A stretch of DNA of 64,000 bases from a virus, in IMG/VR virus record IMGVR_UViG_3300045988_165705; one strand, written 5' to 3'. The notes beneath the pieces were generated by a model that was not told where the DNA came from, searched no databases, and was given only the letters and a program-made list of their open reading frames with translations. The translations under genes were made by a program, and so were the position numbers. Of this stretch, positions 33,908 through 42,315 are shown one piece after another (the first letter of the stretch is position 1; each line of letters starts with the position of its first letter).

Positions 33908-35374
33908 TCAGATGTTCAAAGTGGCGCTGCCGCAGTTGAAGATGATATAACCGGAGGCCTGCTTCAACTCGGTAATGTCATGCTCATGGTTGCCAGCGGC
34001 CTTGCTGTCCCAGTCAGAAACCTTTGCAGCAGTGATGCCATCGAGAACGGTTTTATTGGCGTGTTCGTGCTGCTTCTCAACAGCACCATCCCACGCATCG
34101 ACCTTCGCCTGAGAGATACCGTCGAGGATGGTCTTGTTGGAATGCTCATGCTGCTTCTCGACAGCGCCATCCCACTTGGCCTTGTCGCCGGTGGCAATCT
34201 TGTCCAGTTCGGTCTTATTCGTATGGGTGTGCGCCTTGCCAATGGCGGTCTGCACATCAGCGTGAAGCTGAGACAGAGTCACGGAGCCTTCTGTCAGAGT
34301 AGCGGTCACCTTATGGTCAGCGCTGACATCAATCACAATCTGGTCGCCCACTTTGGAACCAGAAGTGACATACTCAATCAGGCTGTCAACATTGATGTAG
34401 ATGTCATCCTCGGTCGCATTGGCAAGAACCAGATGCAGGTAGGTGCCAGCCTCGCCCCATGCGCCAGCCGCATCCTTGGTCTCCACAGTGCCGGACTTCA
34501 CGACCATATCCTTCGGAATGTCGATGTTTACATCCAGACTGGTTGCAGTCTGCTTGATGTTGTAACGCTTTGCGACGCCTTCGGGTGTGGAAGCAGTCAC
34601 AGTCACGGTGTAGTCGGTCTGCGCAGGAATAGCACCGACCTTCTCATCCACATAGCCCACAACGGTAGTGGCAGTCGCACCGGCGGGCAGAGAACCAACC
34701 AGTTCTTCCAGTGCATCCACATCTGCCTGAGCGTCCGTACCGGCCTTCTTGGCCGCAGCAATGGCATCGTCCTTACCGTCGGCATAGGTCTTGGCAGACT
34801 GCAGCGCCGTACTCGCCGTACCGGCAGCATCGAAAGCGCCCTCATCCTTATAAGCAGCGGTGCCCAGACCATGCACCTTCACATCGGCACCGTTGAACTT
34901 AACAGTACCGTTAGCGCCACCCTCAACCAGCGTGTAAACAGTCTCATCGGGGATGGTGATAGTGCTCGCCAGAGACCATGTAGCGCTGCCCTTTGCCTGA
35001 GAATACAGGTGGAATTTGCGGGCATTGTCCGCATCGACCTCCAGCTTGTACTGGGTGTCAGTGTCCTGAATCTCGCCGGAGATGTAGTCAGACAAGCCGG
35101 TAATCTCATTGGCGGAATAAGTCGGCTTATTCTCAGCCTTTGCCCAGTCGTACACATCGGCAGCCAGACCGGCGGCGAACTGCAGCTGGCTGAACTTAGA
35201 GGAACCGTCACCAGCCTTAAACAGGATGGCAGGCTCCTTTGCCACAGCGCCGGTAGCAGCAGGTACGACGACAACCGCAAGCTCACCTGCCAGCAACACA
35301 GGGTCTTTTTCGACCCAGTTGGCATAGGTATCATACTTCAGGGAAATACGAGTATTGAAAGTAGTTGTAGCCAT
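33908..35374 (-). CDS. tail fibre protein with C-terminal HxH repeats
   Basis: N-terminus FNTRISLKYDTYANWVEKDPVLLAGE. Three 27-aa repeats plus a partial fourth containing HTH/HEH (QHEHSNKTILDGISQAKVDAWDGAVEK). Start set to the ATG at 35374. Confidence 0.7.
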   Translation of the reverse strand: MATTTFNTRISLKYDTYANWVEKDPVLLAGELAVVVVPAATGAVAKEPAILFKAGDGSSKFSQLQFAAGLAADVYDWAKAENKPTYSANEITGLSDYISGEIQDTDTQYKLEVDADNARKFHLYSQAKGSATWSLASTITIPDETVYTLVEGGANGTVKFNGADVKVHGLGTAAYKDEGAFDAAGTASTALQSAKTYADGKDDAIAAAKKAGTDAQADVDALEELVGSLPAGATATTVVGYVDEKVGAIPAQTDYTVTVTASTPEGVAKRYNIKQTATSLDVNIDIPKDMVVKSGTVETKDAAGAWGEAGTYLHLVLANATEDDIYINVDSLIEYVTSGSKVGDQIVIDVSADHKVTATLTEGSVTLSQLHADVQTAIGKAHTHTNKTELDKIATGDKAKWDGAVEKQHEHSNKTILDGISQAKVDAWDGAVEKQHEHANKTVLDGITAAKVSDWDSKAAGNHEHDITELKQASGYIIFNCGSATLNI

Positions 35375-35451
35375 ATATATCATTCACCCTTCTTTATTGT
35401 TTTAGAGATAGGGCGGGAGCGTATAACTCCCGCCCTTAACGATGTGCTTGA

Positions 35452-36747
35452 TTACACAGAAGCGTTGCCGCCGTCGAGAATCAGTGTATCGCCCTCGGAC
35501 TGCACCAGCTTACTCATGTTCAAGCTGTTGACCTCCATGCTGCCATCTTCCGCAACAGCGACCTTATTCTCCTCAGCGGAGCTGGTAACAACGCCTGCAG
35601 TCGCACCTGCGACCGGGATGTTGACAGCCTTTTCAGAAATGTCCAGAGCAGCACCGTTCAGCTTGACGATTTCAATCAGGTTCTGGTTTGCACCAGCCTC
35701 CACACCGTCGAGCTTGGCCTTCGCTTCATCGGTGAAGTCATTGGTGCTCAGCCCCTTGCCCTCGACCTTATCGACCTTGCCCGCCAGCGCATCCGGCAGA
35801 CCGGTGACCTTGCTCTGCGCAATGGCTTCGAGAGTAAGCTTGCCCTCCTGAGAAACGGCGAACTCGTCAGAAACACTCTTGACGAAATTCGCTTCTGCGT
35901 CATCAGGGAGAGCAACCAGCTTCTCTTTCAGCGCAGTCGTGAAGTCCTCAGTGGAAAGACCCTTGCTATCCACCTTGTCAACCTTGTTGGCAATGGCAGT
36001 GGCAATCGCCTCGTTCATCTGCTCGGTGGTGGAGTAGTCATCAAGATTGACGCTCACATCGTCCAGACGAACGACTTCATTTTCCACTTTGGCATAGATG
36101 TCATAGAAGCCGGTGTCAGCGTTCATCACAAGATAGAGAACATTATCCTGCGCTTCAGCCGCTGTGGGAACAGCACTGACTTTCTTGAAACTGGCGTGGC
36201 CGGTAGCGGCGATGGCCGTCTGGATTGCCTCTGCGATTGCGGTGGCGGTCATAGCGTCCGTGATGCCGTAACCTTCCAGCGTGGTGGCCTTGTCGGCCTT
36301 ACCGGTCTGAAGATTCTGAATGTCCTGCGTATGGCCTGCAACCGTGTCAGCCAACCCGGAAACGGTGCTGGTGTCAGGCGTGTACCATTCCAGCGCAGTG
36401 CCTGCCGCATTGATGCGGGGCTGCTGACCGGCTGTAGCAGAGTTGAAACCCTTCAGCGTGACCTTGCCATCAACAATTTCGATGGACTTGTCATCGCCCA
36501 GCACAACGGTACCGACAGCTTTCAGCGTCTTATCCGGTTGGATGATATACAGGTCTGCGGCGGAATCTGTCACAACGCAGACATTCTCACCATAAAAATA
36601 AACGCCGTCCGAACTGCCGACTTCAACAGCGGCAGCGGCGGCAGCCTGAGCAGCACTCAGGGTAGAGAAGTAATACCGTGCGTCCAGAGGGAACGCAGTC
36701 TGCGGATTAAATGAAACCGCAAAATTCAGTTTACCGAAATCAGCCAT
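35452..36747 (-). CDS. tail fibre protein with KGLSxxDFT repeats
   Basis: VDKVDSKGLSTEDFTTALKEKL and VDKVEGKGLSTNDFTDEAKAKL are phage fibre repeat motifs. Confidence 0.65.
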   Translation of the reverse strand: MADFGKLNFAVSFNPQTAFPLDARYYFSTLSAAQAAAAAAVEVGSSDGVYFYGENVCVVTDSAADLYIIQPDKTLKAVGTVVLGDDKSIEIVDGKVTLKGFNSATAGQQPRINAAGTALEWYTPDTSTVSGLADTVAGHTQDIQNLQTGKADKATTLEGYGITDAMTATAIAEAIQTAIAATGHASFKKVSAVPTAAEAQDNVLYLVMNADTGFYDIYAKVENEVVRLDDVSVNLDDYSTTEQMNEAIATAIANKVDKVDSKGLSTEDFTTALKEKLVALPDDAEANFVKSVSDEFAVSQEGKLTLEAIAQSKVTGLPDALAGKVDKVEGKGLSTNDFTDEAKAKLDGVEAGANQNLIEIVKLNGAALDISEKAVNIPVAGATAGVVTSSAEENKVAVAEDGSMEVNSLNMSKLVQSEGDTLILDGGNASV

Positions 36748-36764
36748 TATGCGTCACCTCCATG

Positions 36765-37997
36765 TTAAATTGTGACCTTGTAGGTGTTGGCGGTATCATT
36801 GGCGTTTGCCATATCCATCACATACACCTTGTAGTCAATCGCCTGATAGCCATTCGCACCCTCGACAGAGACAACGCTCTTGGTGAAAGCGGTCTTGACT
36901 TCGGCATTCATGCCGTTCACATCCTGCACAGAGCTGACATCACGCAGCGTGGCGGGATAAGCAAACACAACGCGGATTGCACCGACAGGAATCGCAAGGT
37001 TGAAGCTGTTGCCAGCCGCCAGAGCCTTACCGCTCTTGCCGCTCAGACCACGAACCAGCGCGGAGTTCACCTCACCGTCCTTCGCCTCCAGCGTACCGTA
37101 GAAGCTATTGCGATAACCGGTGATTTTGCCCGTTGCCTTGCTCTTGTTACCGGCGGCAATCTTACCGGCTGCATACGCATTACCGAGGTTCGTCACAGGA
37201 ACAGCGCCCTCACCGTGAGTCGCCGTAGCGGTAATCGCATAGCTGGTAGCATCGCCAACCGTCAGCTCATCGAAGGAACCGGATGCAGTATCCTTGGTGG
37301 CAGTGCCATCCGTTACGCTCCATGCGGTAGCAGTGATGCCGGTCTCGGGGCCGTATGTATAGCTGCCTGCACTCAGAGAAGCGGTATATGCGGGAGTTAC
37401 TTTGGAACCGACCTCATACGCAGCAATCTGCTTGCAGGTAATCGTCACAGCAGGCTGGGTAGCGGTAGGGTTCTTTTCCTTCGCCAGAATAGAAGCCAGC
37501 ACATCCTTGACATTCTTACCGGAGGCGGCAATCGTACCAGAGCCGGAGCTGGGTACGGTCAGAACACCGATAGCTGCGGTGTAGGTCAGGTCGTCGGCGA
37601 AGTACACATTTTCTGCGCTATAGTTGCCGTCCATAGCAGCCCACACGCTGCCATCATAGACATAGGCAGTATAGGAATACTTACCACCGGCAATCAGTGC
37701 CTTGACGACAAAGATATCGTCCTTCTGCGCCTCGGCGCCAGCGGCTGTCAACACACGACTGATAACATCGGTATCACTCTCGCCGTCGCCCTTTACGCCC
37801 TCATAATGTGCGGCCTGTCCGCCGCTGATTTCCTTCAGATTCTCATAGCTGGTGACGCCGTCGCCAATCTTGAGCGTGCCCAGTTCCAGGTCGAAACAGG
37901 GCTCGCCTGCGGCAGGCACAACATCTTTGTTGGTCAGCCAATTCGCCGTGGTGTCACGCCGAACCTGAATCTTGGTCTTCATTGTTTTGTTAGGCAT
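36765..37997 (-). CDS. tail fibre/baseplate protein with Mtd_N-like N-terminus
   Basis: KIQVRRDTTANWLTNKDVVPAAGEPCFDLELGTLKIGDGVTSYENL. The ATG lies 6 nt after AAGGAGG. Confidence 0.6.
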   Translation of the reverse strand: MPNKTMKTKIQVRRDTTANWLTNKDVVPAAGEPCFDLELGTLKIGDGVTSYENLKEISGGQAAHYEGVKGDGESDTDVISRVLTAAGAEAQKDDIFVVKALIAGGKYSYTAYVYDGSVWAAMDGNYSAENVYFADDLTYTAAIGVLTVPSSGSGTIAASGKNVKDVLASILAKEKNPTATQPAVTITCKQIAAYEVGSKVTPAYTASLSAGSYTYGPETGITATAWSVTDGTATKDTASGSFDELTVGDATSYAITATATHGEGAVPVTNLGNAYAAGKIAAGNKSKATGKITGYRNSFYGTLEAKDGEVNSALVRGLSGKSGKALAAGNSFNLAIPVGAIRVVFAYPATLRDVSSVQDVNGMNAEVKTAFTKSVVSVEGANGYQAIDYKVYVMDMANANDTANTYKVTI

Positions 37998-38032
37998 AAC
38001 TATCCTCCTTCAAATTATTTTGCAGAATGGTC

Positions 38033-38395
38033 TTATTCAGTACCCTGTGCCGTTCCGCCGTCGATGATTTTGATTTCCTCAATGCTTCCGCTGTCGGAAT
38101 CCACAGGGGTCAAAGCGCCGTCGCTCGTAACGATATAGGGAACCCAGTCAGAGCCGTTATGCACAGAAATGATATGTCCCACGCAGTCGTAAGTCTTTAC
38201 CCATGCCTGCGCCTCGCTAATGGTCTCGAACTGTTTACGCTCTGAGATGCGTTTCATCTTTCCGGCAGCGTCATAGAAATACAGTTCAGATTCCTCTGCG
38301 TCATTTGTGATAATCAAACTATCCTTTGGTATCACACCCGCAGCAATCGCATCAGTAATCTTTGACCGCTTGCCGTATGCAACTCTCACACCCAT
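38033..38395 (-). CDS. hypothetical tail-module protein
   Basis: 120-aa ORF in the tightly packed minus-strand operon. Confidence 0.4.
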   Translation of the reverse strand: MGVRVAYGKRSKITDAIAAGVIPKDSLIITNDAEESELYFYDAAGKMKRISERKQFETISEAQAWVKTYDCVGHIISVHNGSDWVPYIVTSDGALTPVDSDSGSIEEIKIIDGGTAQGTE

Positions 38396-38411
38396 CTCAT
38401 CTCACCTCCCA

Positions 38412-39071
38412 TTAGCCAAAATAAATGACCGCATCTGCATCTGCCGACGGGTCGCTGTCTTCCTCTCCGAAATGAATTGTCTCATCATCATTGACCATCT
38501 CGCTCATATCGATGGGGTCGCCGACCGGCTTGCCGTTAGAAGACATCTGCAAGACCTTCTTTTCGGAATCGTAAACAAGGTTGTCGCCCTTTTTCTCCAT
38601 TTCCACACGGATGGTCTCCACGCCGCTTTCTGTCGTTTCCGTCTGTTTCTGCAAGGCGTAGATAGCAGAAAGCTGATGGTCGCAGATATAGTCGTCCATG
38701 TTTTTGGAATCTTCCACATACAGCAGGCATTCACCGCTCTTGGCAATTGTCGGGTTAGAAGGAGTTCCGGAAAAAATCTGCAGCCATGTGCATACCTCGC
38801 CCGGATACTTGCTCAATCGGCAGGACACAGGAAAGACATACTGGTAATAGGTTTCTTTGTACTTTTCCTCCGTTCGTTCCAACCGAACAATATCAGCCAC
38901 ACCGTCCGCACGAATGTAGCTCAAATACGGAGTGGCAGTCAGCATATCCACTTCACCAACCTGCAGTGGAATCAGATAGGTGATTTTCTGATTCAGATTG
39001 TCACCCCGGTAAATCGGCTCATTCACTGTCATAACGAGATTCATACTCTCGTCCAGTTTGATATAAATCAC
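38412..39071 (-). CDS. hypothetical baseplate/tail protein
   Basis: 219-aa ORF, in operon context. Confidence 0.4.
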   Translation of the reverse strand: MIYIKLDESMNLVMTVNEPIYRGDNLNQKITYLIPLQVGEVDMLTATPYLSYIRADGVADIVRLERTEEKYKETYYQYVFPVSCRLSKYPGEVCTWLQIFSGTPSNPTIAKSGECLLYVEDSKNMDDYICDHQLSAIYALQKQTETTESGVETIRVEMEKKGDNLVYDSEKKVLQMSSNGKPVGDPIDMSEMVNDDETIHFGEEDSDPSADADAVIYFG

Positions 39072-39088
39072 TCATATCACCTCCATTG

Positions 39089-40015
39089 CTATAGAATGAC
39101 AAAGTCAACTTCGTCCAGCGTCATGTCGTCATACTCTGAAAGCTCGTCTGCATCCATTTCGGCAAGCAACCTATGACGCTTCAAAATAGTGCTTGCATTC
39201 ACGGTAAGGTAAACCGTACTTCCTTCTGTGCCAACAAACTGCCTAATGGACTCTGTAACATCCGCCAGAATACGAAGGTTGTTTTCTGCGATTTCGTATT
39301 TCTGCATATGCTCACCGGACACTTTTGCACCAAAGGCCATACCGCCATACGCTCGGCCAAAGGAGAAGTGCAGCTCTGTACCAAGAACAAGGGCGGCGAT
39401 TTCCATGGCCGTACTGGCTGCGCTCGTTATACGGTAGCAAAGGTTTACCATTTTTGCTCCCAGTACCATCGGCGCATCCACCTTGAGGTAATCAACTGCC
39501 TGCGTTCCAGATACAGCCGCATCCAGTATGACACGGTCTCTTGGGGACATCAGTCCCCATTTCAAAGTGTCACGAACACCGCCGTCAAACGCAATGGTGG
39601 TCTGTCCATAGCCAAGAGACTTGGCAATATTCGCAAGAAGCGGAGCCGCATTCAAAACCATGCGGCTTTCCGCCTCTGCGAACATCGTTTCCAAAGCAGG
39701 AATATCTTCAACGGCCAGTTCCACAACACTGGATTCCGGGTTCATAGTGTAGAGCGTTTGAAACGCTGCGCTGGCATCGATTGTCGTGCCCCAGTTCAGT
39801 CTCTCATAGCAGGTCTTAATCATCTTGTCGATGTGTGAGACCAACTCAGAGCCAAGCTGCATTGCTACAAACTTTTGTAAGGTATAGCTTTCAAGGCAGC
39901 TTTCCAGAATAATACGGTTGGTAGCCGTGAGACCGTCACGATATGGAAGGGAGTAGACGATAAGGTCACATTCTGTGATGCGCCTTTTCAGATAAATATC
40001 AAACTCCTTTGCCAT
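39089..40015 (-). CDS. hypothetical baseplate/tail protein
   Basis: 308-aa ORF, in operon context. Confidence 0.4.
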   Translation of the reverse strand: MAKEFDIYLKRRITECDLIVYSLPYRDGLTATNRIILESCLESYTLQKFVAMQLGSELVSHIDKMIKTCYERLNWGTTIDASAAFQTLYTMNPESSVVELAVEDIPALETMFAEAESRMVLNAAPLLANIAKSLGYGQTTIAFDGGVRDTLKWGLMSPRDRVILDAAVSGTQAVDYLKVDAPMVLGAKMVNLCYRITSAASTAMEIAALVLGTELHFSFGRAYGGMAFGAKVSGEHMQKYEIAENNLRILADVTESIRQFVGTEGSTVYLTVNASTILKRHRLLAEMDADELSEYDDMTLDEVDFVIL

Positions 40016-40032
40016 ATTGCATCAGCTCCTTG

Positions 40033-40440
40033 TTACGCAGGATTCTGGGCAGACAGGCTCAAATATCCTTCCTTAATGGTCATGATAGTCGCTGCCTCAA
40101 CGCTTCTGGGCGTAGACAACACGCCGTACATCAGAAGGTTGCCGCTGCCGACAGTGTCGGAATCGTAGATTACGAAATGAGTAATAGTGCCCCAGCCTGC
40201 AGTACTCTCGTTGAAGTTGATTGCCTGCTTGTTGGTCACAACACCAGATGCAGGTTCGCTCAGAGTAGTCAGCTGCACTCTGGCATAACCGGCAGAGGTA
40301 GAAGGCTCATTCACATTTGTGCCGTTGACATTAGGCGCAGAAGTGCTCAGGCCAATGTAGTAGTTACCGGGAATCTCAGGGGTCGTTTTGGTTCCGAAAA
40401 GATTGCCCGCTGCCAGGTTTAAGAAGTAAGTTGTATTCAT
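40033..40440 (-). CDS. hypothetical tail protein
   Basis: 135-aa ORF, in operon context. Confidence 0.4.
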   Translation of the reverse strand: MNTTYFLNLAAGNLFGTKTTPEIPGNYYIGLSTSAPNVNGTNVNEPSTSAGYARVQLTTLSEPASGVVTNKQAINFNESTAGWGTITHFVIYDSDTVGSGNLLMYGVLSTPRSVEAATIMTIKEGYLSLSAQNPA

Positions 40441-40478
40441 AACTGGTTATCCTCCTGTTTTCTGATTAAGAACAAAGA

Positions 40479-40862
40479 TTATTTTCGTGCAAAGTCCTTG
40501 TTGATATTGTTATGAATGTAGATAACGCCCTGCTGGGGAATATCCACATTGTTGTCAATATCCTTAATCGTGATTTGGTACACAAACTTTCCAAACAAAT
40601 CAACGGTGTCATCCGGTTCAAGTGATACGAACAGGATATTGTAAAAGGTCTCCGCCTCGTCCATACGGACGGTCATAGTCTTTGAGACCACGGGCGCACC
40701 GTTCTTGTTCACAAAGTTGACAATAGAAAAGTTTGCCGTACAGCCCGTCAATCCAAACGGCTTCGGATTGGTCTTACCATAATACACATGAAACACCAAG
40801 TCCTCAGAAGAGCCGCCGACAAAGTCAAGCTCCGGCAAACTGTAAACATTGTTAATCATCAT
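40479..40862 (-). CDS. hypothetical tail protein
   Basis: 127-aa ORF whose start overlaps the stop of the Dit-like gene. Confidence 0.4.
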   Translation of the reverse strand: MMINNVYSLPELDFVGGSSEDLVFHVYYGKTNPKPFGLTGCTANFSIVNFVNKNGAPVVSKTMTVRMDEAETFYNILFVSLEPDDTVDLFGKFVYQITIKDIDNNVDIPQQGVIYIHNNINKDFARK

Positions 40863-41665
40863 TACCCTCCAATGTTCACAGGGAACTCACAAATGAATTT
40901 CACCTCGGCATTTCCGGTTATCTTCAACAGGTTATCGCCCTTGACGAGCCGCATGAACTTCATGTTGAAGTATGGATACAGGTTCAAATCCAAGCTGTTT
41001 GTGATGACCTGATTTTTGTTGTCTACATATATGGTCAAAGAGCGGCCTCCCGGCAGCCCTTTGAATTGAAATGTTCGGTTGTTGTCCGAGAGATTCTGGA
41101 TGGAGATGTTGTCTCCACCATACATGGTTATCTCCAGCTTCGGCCTATAGAAGCCGTTGTAGCTGCTCCGGTTAAACAGGCGAACCTGTGACTGACCGCT
41201 GACCGCATAGGTGTACTCGTCCGGTAGAGTATAGGCGAACGGAGAATCGCAGCTTACCTTGCATGAAAAAGCCCACGGCAAATCGCCGTAGGTTATCAGC
41301 TTCAGTTCTGAAATTGTACACTTATACCGAAACGGTTCCATATCATCCTGCACAATCACAAGCCATTTTCTTGTACTGTGCCCAGTGAGCCATGCGGCAA
41401 TCACCTCGACTTCAAACCTGTCCAGATTTGCGTTTGCATCAAGAGACTCCATGTTCGCCCCGAAAACCAGCGTATATTCCAACGACTGATTCTGCACTAA
41501 CCCATAGGTAAGCGCATCGTATCTTCCCGGAATCCTATCCTCAACGACTTCTCCGTTCTGGAAATTCACATCGTCCTGTCCGCTTGAACCGAAGTGGTAA
41601 ACCATGAGTCCGAACTCGGAGCAGGGAATATCATCAAAAATGAACTCGGTTCCCCAAAACGCCAT
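40862..41665 (-). CDS. distal tail protein (Dit, siphovirus tail family)
   Basis: FIFDDIPCSEFGLMV, EDRIPGRYDAL, AAWL and CDSPFAY follow the Sipho_tail/Dit pattern. Confidence 0.65.
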   Translation of the reverse strand: MAFWGTEFIFDDIPCSEFGLMVYHFGSSGQDDVNFQNGEVVEDRIPGRYDALTYGLVQNQSLEYTLVFGANMESLDANANLDRFEVEVIAAWLTGHSTRKWLVIVQDDMEPFRYKCTISELKLITYGDLPWAFSCKVSCDSPFAYTLPDEYTYAVSGQSQVRLFNRSSYNGFYRPKLEITMYGGDNISIQNLSDNNRTFQFKGLPGGRSLTIYVDNKNQVITNSLDLNLYPYFNMKFMRLVKGDNLLKITGNAEVKFICEFPVNIGG

Positions 41666-41682
41666 AGTCCACCTCCTTGCGA

Positions 41683-42048
41683 TTATGTAAAGTCAACAAA
41701 GCCCTCCAAATTGAAAATGTCCGCAGGCGAAAGCGTTTGCTCACCCAGGTCTTTTTCGTCCAGCTTAACAACCTCGATTGCAATGTCCACTTCCATATTG
41801 CACAGCTCATTCAGCTTTGCTTTGAATGCGGTGCAGTCGCTGGGAGTCAGGAATGTGATATTCCCGTCCTCCTTCAGCGTTCCGTGGAACTCGTCCAGAT
41901 ACTTGCGCTCCTCCGTGAGCGCAAACTGATAGGCACTGTCAGCTGCCTGAACCAGCTTATATACCGCATACGCCTTTTTAACAGGCAGCTTGAAGTTGTT
42001 CAGTTTCATCAGAGACTCATAGGCTCTGTTAATCTTTTCTTGAATCAT
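41683..42048 (-). CDS. hypothetical small helical protein
   Basis: 121 aa counted from the ATG at 42048. Confidence 0.35.
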   Translation of the reverse strand: MIQEKINRAYESLMKLNNFKLPVKKAYAVYKLVQAADSAYQFALTEERKYLDEFHGTLKEDGNITFLTPSDCTAFKAKLNELCNMEVDIAIEVVKLDEKDLGEQTLSPADIFNLEGFVDFT

Positions 42049-42079
42049 ACTCTTTTCCTTTCTTACACACTGAGACAAA

Positions 42080-42304
42080 TCAGCCAAGTTTGGCAAGATA
42101 TTCTTCAGCATCCTCAATATAAACGCCTTTTGCCAACCCCTGTTTAATGATGTCTCTGTCAGTACGGTCTAACTTTTGCTTCAATATGTCTGGCGTAAAA
42201 CAAGGCATACCCACCTCTCCGCCAGACTCGATATAACGCATATGGGAATCCCACAGTAGCTGTGTGCTACTGCGCACTTCCTTAATTAAATCGGCTGCTT
42301 TCAT
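42080..42304 (-). CDS. hypothetical small protein
   Basis: 74 aa counted from the ATG at 42304, which lies behind AAGGAGA. Confidence 0.35.
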   Translation of the reverse strand: MKAADLIKEVRSSTQLLWDSHMRYIESGGEVGMPCFTPDILKQKLDRTDRDIIKQGLAKGVYIEDAEEYLAKLG

Positions 42305-42315
42305 AATCGCTCTCC

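Noticed and set aside
33887-35851. 654-aa plus-strand ORF
   Set aside because: It lies antisense to two well-supported minus-strand fibre genes and crosses their boundary. It has no RBS and a low-complexity composition, so it is a shadow ORF of GC-rich third positions.
36711-38138. 475-aa plus-strand ORF
   Set aside because: It lies antisense to the 36765-37997 fibre gene and spans neighbouring gene boundaries, so it is a shadow ORF.
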